From positions 7,942,848-7,979,424 of the forward strand of contig NC_068997.1 in NCBI RefSeq assembly GCF_001194135.2: DNA of 36,577 bases, written 5' to 3'. This document shows, piece after piece, positions 22,643-34,192 of the stretch. Source of the stretch: Octopus bimaculoides. Lineage: Eukaryota. A program made the translations under genes and the position numbers. The notes under the pieces were generated by a model. The model ran no database searches. It was not told the DNA's origin and saw only the letters and a list, made by a program, of their open reading frames with translations. Position 1 is the stretch's first letter. Each line of letters begins with the position of its first letter.

Positions 22643-23588
22643 GAGTACAACGTAACTATTTCACTAGCATGTGTGTATACACTCACTCATGTTTACACCA
22701 CCGTCCCACACATAGAATGAAAAGAGAAATGATTAACTTTTATTTTACTCACACAAAAAAAGTCGTTTGCAAATTTCATGCTCGGCTATTTATTATGATT
22801 TAATTAAAAGTAGCATTCAGGAAGTTTTTTTAGATGAAGGAAAGAGAGAACGACGCCATGTTTTATGAGTCGCTACTGTAGGAAGCTGCGTATGAATGTA
22901 TCGAGTTATTCGGGCCAGAGACCAGGTCCGAATCCTTAAAAATTGAGTTGACTCCGATAAATGAGATGGTGGTGATGGTGATGATGGGAGGAAGCCAGGC
23001 AACACATCTGAAAGGGGAAATGAGTGAAAAGACGGCTGTAACGCTAAAATGATCAACATCAACGTTTGATCAGCATTGAATCCTTCATTCATGAGACGTT
23101 GAGAGACTGTAAGACAACAGTTCACCTGTAAGAAGACACAGCTTGAAGGTAGGAGCGTGGTCCGTTAGATTATAAAATGTTCCTAAGCAAACACCGATAA
23201 TGTTCTTTCTATGGCGTTGTATTGTAGACTGGGCCTCAGAGGCAGACCAATCAATTACTGGTTTATGCTTTATCGATGACTCTTATAACAAAACAGTTCG
23301 TTAAGTAGGTGCTCAAAATACTTGATATTGTGGACCAAAAAACAAGTCAATTAAAATGATGCAAGTAGTTAGTGCCATGAAAACGAATGTTTAACGATGT
23401 GAAATCAATCAGTTGATCATTTATGGTTTATTGATAACCAATCAGACATTGATGAGTCACAGTTATCAATATTAAAGATGGTGATACGAAAAATATCTTG
23501 TTTCTTTTTCCTTTTATAAAAATTTGTATTCACCAGCTGAATCCCAATATACATTCTTTCTTCCTGAAGTAAAATGCTTCTGTCTCCC

Positions 23589-23592
<4 letters not shown>

Positions 23593-23643
<51 letters not shown>
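23593..23643. repeat. (CT)n microsatellite
   Basis: Direct reading. One of many simple repeats, including (CA)n 8261-8290, (TAC)n near 3680 and 8897, and (TA)n tracts next to gaps. Confidence 0.95.
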
Positions 23644-23647
<4 letters not shown>

Positions 23648-25531
23648 GTGAGTGAGTGAGTAAGTGAGTGAATGAATTAGTGATTGTATAGTGTGTGTGA
23701 TTGACCAACAGAGTGTGAGCGATGTGACATTTCGTGATTTAATGTGACTGGGAAAACAGAATAATAAAAACTAACAGAAAATTATCTTATAAATCTGGAT
23801 AAAATCAATGGTTGTTATTGTTTAACCCCAGGTCAAGCATAGTTAGGATCAAAAACATTCCATATATGATCATCTAGAGCTATTTTATTTTAGATAGTAG
23901 GGTGTGATATGAAAGAGAGTTATCTACTATTTTTAGCAGGACAACTAACCAGGTAGAGATGCCCTCTCTGGTTTGAAAACTAGCCGTAGGGTTCAATGGT
24001 CCATCAAAAGCAGAGTGAATCACGATATAGTGTAGCTATATGCGGTATATGTTGAAAAACTTTCGGCCTAGAAGAACAAAACCAGTCGTTGTTATGAAGT
24101 CTTTGCTACGTTGAGAAGATGCGTTCGCCTGGAGAGGAAGTCTCACCAGAATAAGGTCAGCAGCGATTTTGAGGGCTGGCGGCTATGTTTTCTTGATGTA
24201 CGTAGTGATTATGTCTTTGTGTTGTTGGAGACGAGACTGACGTTAACCTAATGGAGGATATTCTCGGGTATCAGTCCACAGAGTCGGAGTAGATATGGTG
24301 TAAGGTCTCTAGCTTGCATGTGGTTGGCATTTGTCTGAGGACGGTTTGGAAAAATTAATGGTGACATCATCTGGACAGTAACAAGCATTGTGGGGTATGA
24401 GAACTGGTTAAGGCATTGATATAGAAGATTAAGAATGTGGTGGGAGCTCAAACCGAACCTTGGTGCTGAACATTGGTAGACATTGTATGGAACAGAGGAA
24501 GATCCATTAGTACACACTGCAAAATTTGATCTAAAAAGAAGACACGGATCCAGGAGTCGAAAGAGAGACGGAACTCACTGGCGGACAATTGAAGTCGAGT
24601 TCGCAAAACTATTTTCACTGCATTTCTCAAGGGCGAGGGCCTACGGGTAAATGGCGGGGTAAAATATGTCCCTAGCATGTCTGGTTTTATGAAGGCCATT
24701 CCGGTTGTCATAAGAGAGAGAGAGAGAGAGAGAGAAATAGAGAGAGGGGGAGAGGGTGCCAAGCTGTAGGGCAGATTGTTCAAGGGTCATAGAAGAAATG
24801 CTGTCAAAAATGCAGTCATAGAAGAAATGCAATCACACACATACACACAAATAAACAGGCACACACACACATACACACCACACACAGACACACACATACA
24901 CACCACACACATACACATAAATATACATATGTTGAAGATGTACACGTATCTGTATATTCTATAAATACCTCTGCCTAATATCGCTGTCTGGTGACCTGAG
25001 TCCCTATATTTTAACAAAGACATAACTAAGGAAGATCTGTTCGCTCCACTCGTTTATTTCGTCAACTCAGTGACGAACCTGTCAGTGGTTTCTCAATCTG
25101 ATACAACCAGCAATCAAATAACCTTCAACTCACAAATTTCCGTCTTAAAATAATGTAAGGGTGCACGAGATAATGTTCTCCAACATACACTATGCTTCAA
25201 AAAAGAAAAAAAAAAAAGGAAAGAAAACGAAAGGGAGATGGTACAATCATAGATGGAACACTTTCGACCATAGCTTTACTCGATCCGGCTATCCTGGGGG
25301 ATAATCAACTGCCATTTTCTGCCGTCTGTCAAGTCCCCTATTTATAACGTCCGGTTGTAAATATGCCATTTACGAGAAACTCTTTATCGCAAAAGCCTAA
25401 AATAGAATTGTCGTCGTATTTACGTCATTTGTTTCGCGTACACTCGGTGAGCGCTTTCTTCCTTCCTTTCTTTCTTTCTTTCTTTCTTTCTGTTTCTTTG
25501 TGTATCTATGTATGTACAGGTGCATTGGTGC

Positions 25532-25562
<31 letters not shown>

Positions 25563-25617
25563 AGTGCGTGGGTGTATACATGGATAGTACAATGTTTGTC
25601 TACACTCTTCTATGCTA

Positions 25618-25755
25618 GTGATGATGATGATGATGATGATGATGATTAGGAAGCTGGTTGCTGCCGGTTTTAATCGATGAACGACGATGACGAAGACGAA
25701 CGCTGTGACGACAACGACGACGGTGATGATGACAGCGATAACGATGACGATGACA
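25618..25755. repeat. (GAT)n/(GAC)n compound trinucleotide repeat
   Basis: Direct reading; it explains the poly-His and poly-Ile ORFs on the minus strand. Confidence 0.9.
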
Positions 25756-26572
25756 AGTGGAAAGTGTGGCTGCTGCCAGACAACCAGTGGAGTAATCATC
25801 CGTTGCTGAATCTGTCATTGCTTCGATTAACTGCAATTATCTGCGTAATTCATTGATAAAACCTCCCCCCTCCTCTTGTACAACAACAAGGGAGAGAATT
25901 CCAGTAAGACCTGCTGACTGAAAGATTTGAAGAGACACTGTAGACTGGTTGGAGGAAGCTGGTTACGAAAGCAATGGACATATTCCGGTCTTAACAAACC
26001 TCATCAACAAATACCTTCAATCATAACCGTGGGTTAGCCAAAGACATGTGATGAGAAGAATTTAGTTGAAGGAAACAGTGCAGTAGACCGTTGCGTGTAT
26101 ATACATTTCCCCTCGTATAGTGGTGTGGTGACATTGGAAAGTATTTTTTTTTTTACTGAACTAATTTTTTTATAGCAACCATCGCATGTGCAATTATTTA
26201 TCGTCTTCTTAGTTAACCAGGAATGGTTCGAGCCAATATAATAACCTCTACTTGATCGTTCAATTGGCAGTGAAATCTCATTCAAATCAAATCCTAATAA
26301 CATTTCAAATAAAAGAATCCCTTTTCTCAGAGAATAATGGAGAATGTATTCCTCGACACGATACGTCTACCGGTGAAATGCCTTCAGCCACAAGTTCGTT
26401 CAGAGATGATCTGATCGAAACATAAATCGAAGGCAAAATTGTTTGCCTACTTTAACATCACTAGCAGAGCCCGCCCGCCCGCAAGGTCTCAATATATCGG
26501 GTCAGATCTCGGCACCGAACATGGCAGCTCCATCCCTGATTTAGACATTACAAAAGGAAGAAACCGACCCAC

Positions 26573-27682
26573 TTGTACAGCAGGATTGTATTATCCAGTG
26601 CTATAAGTAGCGACATTACTGTACAACTGGATAGCACATCCCTGGTTTCTAAGGCTGAATGCAATCCCACAGGAAAATCTGCTTGCCAACAACACACTGA
26701 CCATGCGCAGATTTGCTTATCATTATTTCACGCTCTCAAAGCAGAGTTGAGCGCAGACACACGGTTCCTTTTTATTGGCCAAGGTTTCGCTTGTTATTGT
26801 TACTGTTCACGTTCTAGAATAATGGAAGTAATTTGGTCCGCCCCCCTCCTTTTTTCCCTTGGAATAAGAAATTTACCCAGGATGTTTTTTAGGATCCTGG
26901 AGAATAACTTCCCTAAGGGTCACAAATATCATAGTATTTGCAATAAATCTTCGATCAAATTTTCCTATTCTGGAACGCCAAATTTGGCATCTATTATTGC
27001 ATCTCTAAATAGAAGCAAGTTGAATAAAATAGAGCAATGCGAACGGCCCTGCAATGGAAACCCCGGCTCTGGAAAGATTGGGTATAATACACACAAGACT
27101 AGTGAGACCAGCTCTTCGCTCCCTCCTGTTGTGTCGAACCCTGGTAATGGGAGAAGTGAAAATGCGGATGTGGGAAACCTAACAAGGACTGTTGCTGGTG
27201 GTCGAAGTAAGATTAGGGTTGGCCCAGATAAATTTTGCAATTGTAGGGACCCTCACTTATGTCCTCTTGATGGGTTCCGTCTGAGCACAAATGTAATATA
27301 TAAATGTGTTGTTAGGGATGAGGACAATTCAAATAAGTTCTATATAGGAAGTACGATAGATTTCAAAGAAAGATATAGAGCAGGTTTGAGTTCATTTTCA
27401 AATGAAAAGTATTGCAACTCCACAACTCTCGCATCCTATGTGCACGACCTTAAGAAGAAAAATAAGAAATACTCTCTTGAATGGTCGATTGTATCGAGAG
27501 CTCCTTATTTTAGAGCAAATATTAGCAAATGTCTATTGTGTATTAGGGAATCCCTCACTATACTTAGGTTGTTTGGGCCGAAAACATTAAATAAATTCAC
27601 TGAAGAGATCTCCTTCTGCAATCATAGGTTTTCCTCCACTTTCTTGAAGATATATAGAAATAAAAATAAAAATAGAAAATAA
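26573..27682 (+). mobile_element. Penelope-like retroelement remnant 2: RT thumb/linker plus GIY-YIG endonuclease in an open frame
   Basis: VIWSAP..FPKGHKYHSICNKSSIKFSYSGTPN, CNCRDPHLCPLDG, NVIYKCVV..FYIGST (YIG 27341-27349), FKERY, STTLASYVHDLK, WSIVSRA, CLLCIRE, LNKFTE..CNH. Homology is clear from about 26810 onward; an A-rich tract follows the stop. Confidence 0.9.
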
Positions 27683-27869
27683 AAATATAAATAATATTAT
27701 TTGTCTACGTTAAGGTGATTTGAAACCTGGAGGATTATATTAGTTACTACAGCCAATTTGAATCTTATTTTTTTAATTCATGACGTGGACAAGTTTTTTC
27801 CTCTTGACTATATAAGCCTGTTATATAAAAAAAATAATAATTCCTTTTGCCCGTCTTGATTGTTTGTAA

Positions 27870-27962
27870 TTGTTACCCTGAAGAGGGGGGTGGGTCATCA
27901 ACGGAGTGCACCATGACGTGTATGGACTACGGTGGTGAACCCTTGAAATGGCCATAGTTGCT
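27870..27962 (+). ncRNA. Degenerate hammerhead ribozyme-like motif downstream of PLE 2
   Basis: CUGAAGA 27878-27884; G-run pairing with CCCUU; GAAA 27945-27948; palindromic stem III AUGGCCAU 27948-27955; AUA triplet. Stem I pairs poorly. Confidence 0.45.
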
Positions 27963-28789
27963 TGTGTGTGTTTTGACCAGTGTTTTTTTTTTAACTTTTG
28001 TAAGTTTGGTGAGCAGAGACGGATTTTACCTATGGAAGTCTGCTGTTGCTACGTGTACCTTAAGGGAAGTACAGGACTTTCTATTATAACTTTAAATAAT
28101 GTTAAATTATTTTACAGTTTTTTGTTTTTTTTTTGTCATTTTAAAGTTTTGTCATCAGATATAGTATTTTAGCCGATGGACTATTATAGTATTTTATTTT
28201 ACTTCATTTAACCTTATTCTATTTTGCTTTATTTGTCTATTTTGAATTTTTAATCGCTTAATTTTATTCGAATTGGAATTATANNNNNNNNNNNNNNNNN
28301 NNNNNNNNNNNNNNNNNNNNNNNNNNNNNNNNNNNNNNNNNNNNNNNNNNNNNNNNNNNNNNNNNNNNNNNNNNNNNNNNNNNNNNNNNNNNNNNNNNNN
28401 NNNNNNNNNNNNNNNNNNNNNNNNNNNNNNNNNNNNNNNNNNNNNNNNNNNNNNNNNNNNNNNNNNNNNNNNNNNNNNNNNNNNNNNNNNNNNNNNNNNN
28501 NNNNNNNNNNNNNNNNNNNNNNNNNNNNNNNNNNNNNNNNNNNNNNNNNNNNNNNNNNNNNNNNNNNNNNNNNNNNNNNNNNNNNNNNNNNNNNNNNNNN
28601 NNNNNNNNNNNNNNNNNNNNNNNNNNNNNNNNNNNNNNNNNNNNNNNNNNNNNNNNNNNNNNNNNNNNNNNNNNNNNNNNNNNNNNNNNNNNNNNNNNNN
28701 NNNNNNNNNNNNNNNNNNNNNNNNNNNNNNNNNNNNNNNNNNNNNNNNNNNNNNNNNNNNNNNNNNNNNNNNNNNNNNNNNNNNNNNNN

Positions 28790-29750
28790 TATGTTTGTTC
28801 TTTTTGTTTGTTTGTGCGCATGTATGTGGGTTAGTGTGTGTGAGCACATACACATGTATGTATCTATGCATGCATGTAAGTATGTGTATGTATGTATGTA
28901 TGTATGTATATATGTATATATGTATGTGTGCGTACATATATATGAATGTGTGTACGTTTGTCTCCTTGTGTGTGCATGTCTGAGCGTGTCTGTGCGTATG
29001 TGTATGTGTGGGGTTTTGTGATTATGTACTGCGTCTGTATATATGGATATGGATCTCCTTATGTGTGGACGTGTGTTTCCATATATGTCCTTGAGTGAAG
29101 TGAAGTGTGTGTGTATATGGTAATGTGTTTTAGTCTTCATTTGCGTATGTGCATGTGTATGTGTGCTTGTTTGTTTATATTGCCTATGTACTTATCTACC
29201 TGTATGTCTCTCTATTTATTTTCATATCTATATGTCTACATACATGTGTATACACATACACACACACACACACACATACATCTGCATAACAGTCCACTAA
29301 CTATTCTACCTGTTATCTATTCACTAGCTATTTTATATTTTATACATTATATTATATTGTGTGTGCGTGTGAGTGTGTATACACATGCATGTAGGCATAT
29401 GGATATGAAAGTAAACAGATAGACATACAGTCGGATAGGTACATAGGTAATATGAACAGACAAGCACACATACACACACACAGACACACACGCAAATGAA
29501 GACAGAAACACCTGACCATACACACACACACACACACACACCTCCCACACACACACGCACAGACACACTCAGACATGTATACACAAAGAGGCAGAGGTAC
29601 ACACATACACATGCATACACACACACATAAAGTACACACACAAACACATGAATATGCAGAATACATACACACAAACGTACACACTCACACGTCTGCATGT
29701 ATCTGGTTTCTAGCTGTTTCTCATCAAAACAAAAGATATATATATATATA
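28790..29750. repeat. Long degenerate (TG)/(CA)/(TA) microsatellite field
   Basis: About 1 kb of mixed dinucleotide repeats that generate the many CV/YI/HT-rich ORFs. Confidence 0.9.
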
Positions 29751-30509
29751 TCTTCTGTATGATTTTATTCGTATTCCTTTATATGTCTTGGGAAGCATTC
29801 GTTGAGTGCTGTGCAGTCATGCATTTATTGCCACTGGTCTGCATCATGAATTTAGGTCGGCGCTGCCGTCTTTTCATTTCACTTAGCAGATTACGTCTAT
29901 CGTCCGGATTCAATCTAACATGACTAGACGGGAAGACAACAATAACAACAACAACAACCAAAAGTTGATGGTTTGCTCCAGATCATCTCTGATTAAGCAA
30001 GACCTATGACCAAAACTGTTCCAGACATAACTATCCCGACTTTTATCTCTAACTTTTCCAACGTAGTCATAGATACGAGCTTGTTTAAAGCGAAAAGGGT
30101 ATGATTTATGGGAAATTCGATTACTGTTTCCAACACTTTGGGCAACCACTTAGTGACCGGTCAACCATCTTTGCTCCAGTTTGCTATTTTACTTGGCTTT
30201 CTTAGAAATAAGACATGGAACTGGTACAATCTGTCCGTTTATATTTTCTTAAACAGCTAAGATTCCTTGCAAAAGTAATTTCTGCGCAAGCATTATGCTG
30301 GTTGATGGCAAAGAGCCCAGTCGAAGAATTTCACCCAAGCTCTTGATTTAGACTTTTCTGTTGCGATAACGGTTGAATTCTCATCATTAGCAATGGCAGA
30401 ACTCTCAAAAACGTTCTGACCAGGATTTCATCTCAATCTGCCACACCAACCTAGCTCTAACAGAAATAAAGCTACCATAACTTGAGGGTTTTGTTTTAGT
30501 TTTACTTAC

Positions 30510-30824
30510 ATTTGCATCAGCCTTGGCATGCGACGGTGGAGGTGAATCGGAAGGCTTATTCGCTGCTTTCTGAGGCTTGTCAGATGCTCGTGTGTCGCCG
30601 TTTGTTGATTGAGTTTGTTGGCCGTTCTGGTCTGTGGCAGAACCCGAATGATTTTCACCAAGTGTCGGCTCTGGAGTGGGAGAACGTTTTTCATTGCCCG
30701 TTAAATGAGAGATATCAACACTTTCGCTTGGACTCAAGTCATCTCTGTTTTCAGAAACCTTCCCCTCTTGTACTTGGTTGCCATTTCTTTCGGCTGTACC
30801 ATAATCTGAATCGTCACCATTTCC
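30510..30824 (-). CDS. Internal exon (105 aa, GNGDDSDYG...HAKADAN) of the same acidic low-complexity gene
   Basis: Acceptor ctgtttttgcag, donor AAT|gtaagt, phase 0-0; same composition as the 21969-20950 exon and phase-compatible with it. The linkage is inferred. Confidence 0.7.
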
Positions 30825-31088
30825 CTGCAAAAACAGTAAAATTTCCAATCTCTTATTTGTTTTCAGCATGTCTTGCATTTAAAAACATTTCCGCTTCTCA
30901 TTTTATTTAAAAAATCTTTTATGGATGAGAATTATATATATTCATAGTTATTATACTATATATTATATAAGTATATATTTATATATTTATTGGCAAAAGG
31001 AAATACATTAATTTTGTTAACAAACATTTTAATGATAAAATAAAATATTAAAAAAAATATTAGTATTGTTCTTATTATGAGCTGAACA

Positions 31089-31275
31089 AAGGTGACTGAG
31101 CTGGCAGAATCGTTAGCGCGCCGGACGAAATGCTTACCGGTATTTCGCCGAGATCGACTTTGTCTTTCATTCTTTCGGAGTCGATAAAATAAGTACCAGT
31201 TGAATACTGGGGTTGATGTAATTGACTCATCCCCCACCTCCCCCAAGCTGTCCTTGTGTCAAATATTTGAAACTA
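31089..31275 (+). mobile_element. Family B tRNA-derived SINE with a Nin/Deu-like central domain
   Basis: gagctggcagaatcgttagc head, then gagatcgactttgtctttcattctttcggagtcgataaaataagtaccag; homologous to the 34060 and 36252 copies. The domain name is from memory. Confidence 0.75.
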
Positions 31276-31280
31276 TTATT

Positions 31281-31357
31281 CTCAGACTGCAGCGACGGGC
31301 GAAATGCCGCTAAGCATTTCGTCCAGCGAGCTAACGATTCTGTTAGCTCGCCGCCTT
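31281..31357 (-). mobile_element. Family B SINE head, inverted relative to the adjacent copy
   Basis: Reverse complement aaggcggcgagctaacagaatcgttagctcgctggacgaaatgcttagcggcatttcgccc. Confidence 0.75.
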
Positions 31358-31431
31358 CTGATTACATATGATAATGTATATTACATATACATTACATATG
31401 ATAATGTAATATGATACATTACATATGATAA

Positions 31432-31484
<53 letters not shown>

Positions 31485-31672
31485 ATATGGTGTTTATGTG
31501 TGTGTGTGTGAGCATATCCTTGCACCTTTGTGTTTGTCTCTCGCTACTTGATAATCAGTGTTGGTTTGTTTATCTTTGCATTTCGGCTCAAATAAATCTA
31601 TAGAACAAATACCAGACTTGCAAAAAAAAAAAAAAAAAGAAAAAGAAAGGAAGAAAATGAAAGACTGTTTAC

Positions 31673-31726
31673 CATTGGCCGTATTTCTTTATCCCTCCGC
31701 GCTCTTGTTCGATTGTCGTTGACCAT
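31673..31726 (-). CDS. Possible first coding exon of the minus-strand gene (MVNDNRTRARRDKEIRPM)
   Basis: ATG preceded by an in-frame stop; donor ATG|gtaaac in phase 0, compatible with the 30824 acceptor; small unique island between simple repeats. No homology support. Confidence 0.25.
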
Positions 31727-32018
31727 ATTTCGAGGTGATCAACCCCCTGCACAGGTTTTATCGTGCTTCGTGCGCAGCAAATATATAAATACTTCATGTG
31801 CAATACAACATACATGTATATATGTATGTATTTCTCTCTGTCTCACTCTTTCTCTCTCTCCCCATCCCTCCCTCTTTTTCTACGTATATGTATTCAAACA
31901 TGCATACATACACCCGCAAACATCAATAGTATTAATACGCTAATTTTTTTGTTTTTGTACGTACCTGTTGTGTGCGTCACACTTCAATGAAGTGGCAAAG
32001 CGAGAGAAAGAGGACAGA

Positions 32019-32221
32019 GAGGAAGTAAGAGAAAGAGAGAGGGAAAAAGAGAGTGAGAAAGGAAGTGAGAGAGATAGTGAAAGAGACAGTAAGTGCTAAC
32101 GGCATTCGTTTTGTGTTTTTAAATGTTTCAGAGGAAGTAAGAGAGAAAGGAAGAGTGAGAGAGAAAGAGAGTAAAAGAGACAGTGAGTGGTGACGGCGTT
32201 CCTTTTGTGTTTTTAAATGTT
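32019..32221. repeat. Imperfect ~110-bp tandem duplication of a GA-rich unit
   Basis: Both units begin gaggaagtaagaga and end cggc(a/g)ttc..tttgtgtttttaaatgttt. Confidence 0.7.
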
Positions 32222-32810
32222 TATCACATCACAAGAGAAGTAGATACATAGATACATATACACATTGTTAGATCAAANNNNNNNNNNNNNNNNNNNNNNN
32301 NNNNNNNNNNNNNNNNNNNNNNNNNNNNNNNNNNNNNNNNNNNNNNNNNNNNNNNNNNNNNNNNNNNNNNNNNNNNNNNNNNNNNNNNNNNNNNNNNNNN
32401 NNNNNNNNNNNNNNNNNNNNNNNNNNNNNNNNNNNNNNNNNNNNNNNNNNNNNNNNNNNNNNNNNNNNNNNNNNNNNNNNNNNNNNNNNNNNNNNNNNNN
32501 NNNNNNNNNNNNNNNNNNNNNNNNNNNNNNNNNNNNNNNNNNNNNNNNNNNNNNNNNNNNNNNNNNNNNNNNNNNNNNNNNNNNNNNNNNNNNNNNNNNN
32601 NNNNNNNNNNNNNNNNNNNNNNNNNNNNNNNNNNNNNNNNNNNNTATATATATATATATATATATATGAATGTATTTGTGTGTGTATAGTATAGGTTAGT
32701 TAAAACATGCTTGTAATAATAAGTGTCACGTGGTAGAAATAAACGCAATTACCAAACTTCATTCATAAATCCATTTATTATTTCGTTCTTTTGCATTTCA
32801 ATTTGTACCT

Positions 32811-33473
32811 AGAAATTTTCAACAACTGCACGCCAGAAGAAATGGAAACACGAGTAATTTTATCTCCTAAAAATTCTGACTGTCTTGCAATAACTGAAAA
32901 AGTTCTTAATATTATACCAGAAGCATTTAAAATGTACTAAAGCACAGATTCAGTGTCCTGCAATAATGAAGAGGAGGTTCAGAACTATCCATTTGCATTC
33001 ATAAACTCACGCACTCCATCCGGTATGCCTCCTCATCGCCTCAACTTGCAATGCTGCTAAGAAATATTTCGATCAGTCAAGGATTATGCAATGGAACTCG
33101 CATGAAAGTGCAAAGACTTCATGAACATTGTGTAGAGGCATCATTGGGAACAGGCTCCAACAGAGGTCGCACAGTTCTAATTCCCAGAATTAAACTTAGT
33201 CCAAGTGATGCAAATATTCCATTCACACTAAACAGACTTCAGTTTCCACTTCGACTTGCATATTCAATGACAAATAAAAAGGCTCAAGGGCAAACGTTTG
33301 AAAAAGGTGGAATACATTTGCCTCAACCAGTATTTTCTCGTGGCCAATTATATGTCTCATTTTCAAGAGCACGAGCTATGAACAATATCAAAGTAAGAGT
33401 TATGACACCCGATTGGGATAACAGACAAAGCCAAAAACGTGGTGTGACATACACACAAAATATTGTACTGTGA
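32811..33473 (+). mobile_element. Helitron PIF1-like helicase C-terminal fragment (pseudogenised)
   Basis: ILSPKNSDC, NYP..FINS.TPSGMPPHRL, MLLRN..GLCNGTR, LIPRIKL, RLQFPLRLAYSMT..KAQGQTF, PVFSRGQLYVSFSR, TQNIV. In-frame TAA at 32938-32940 and a frameshifting deletion before MLLRN. Confidence 0.9.
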
Positions 33474-33664
33474 GGAAGACCACCGCACCAGCCAGCATCA
33501 CCACCACACCACCGCTCCATCATTACACATCCACATTACACCTTTAAGATTGGGGAACCAGTTAGGAGCCCGCTGGATCTCTCTCGGCATACCAGCAAAC
33601 CACAAAATCGCACTAGCCAGCATCACCACTACCTCCAAGCTCGTCATATATATATATATGTGTG

Positions 33665-33870
33665 TGTGTGTGTTTGTCCCACCACCACCATTGCTTGACA
33701 ACCAATGTTGGTACGTTTGCGTTCCTGTAATTTAGCTGTTCAGCAGAAGAGACTGATAGAATAAGCACCAGGCTTACAGGTAATAAGTCCAGGGGTCAAT
33801 TTCTTCGACTAAAGGGTGGTGTTCCAGCATGGCCACCGTCAAATGACTGAAACAAGTAAAAGAATAAAAG
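33665..33870 (+). mobile_element. Family A SINE, 3' half
   Basis: cttgacaaccaatgttgg...ccagcatggccaccgtcaaatgactgaaacaagtaaaagaataaaag. Confidence 0.8.
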
Positions 33871-34059
33871 GATACCAGAAAAACGTTCCGTACCACCAAA
33901 CCAAAGAGGTTCTTTGAATATGTACGATGTATTCTAAGGTTAAATAGCAATTCCGTTTACGTTTGTGCAACTGAGATATTTTGGATGGATTATATAGTCA
34001 TTGGTGTTACATTACTTACTATATTCTGTAACTGTCACAATATACTTTTCTAGGCCTGA

Positions 34060-34192
34060 AATTTGGTGGGGGTGGAGGGCAGTTGATCAGATCGACCCAG
34101 TACACAACTGGTACTTAATTTATCGACCCCGAAAGGACGAAAAGTAAAGTCCACCTCGGCAGAATTTGAACTCAGAACGTAAAGGCAGACGG
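34060..34192 (-). mobile_element. Family B SINE fragment
   Basis: ctggtacttaatttatcgaccccgaaaggacgaaaagtaaagtccacctcggcagaatttgaactcagaacg is the reverse complement of the central domain and B box. Confidence 0.75.

Noticed and set aside
22817-23125. Minus-strand 102-aa ORF with two upstream acceptor-like sites
   Set aside because: No homology, no convincing donor, and a composition unlike the host exons.
26972-26974. GGA at the SYS-C position as a relic selenocysteine TGA codon
   Set aside because: It is one base from TGA, but selenoprotein PLEs are known from the permuted N-terminal-EN Naiad clade, whereas this element has a C-terminal EN, and I found no convincing SECIS downstream.
29779-30149. 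Minus-strand ORFs HVRLNPDDRRNLLSEMKRR and YPFRFKQARIYDYVGK as exons
   Set aside because: The first is phase-incompatible and has no donor; the second appears to overlap a dispersed repeat similar to about 23820-23870.
30335-30415. Possible 81-nt phase 0-0 exon (NVFESSAIANDENSTVIATEKSKSRAW)
   Set aside because: The composition fits the gene, but the acceptor lacks a pyrimidine tract and the donor (gtgaaa) is weak; needs RNA-seq.
33570-33617. Helitron 3' hairpin plus CTAG
   Set aside because: Only a 5-bp stem with a 15-nt loop, and the CTAG is not followed by the expected target T.
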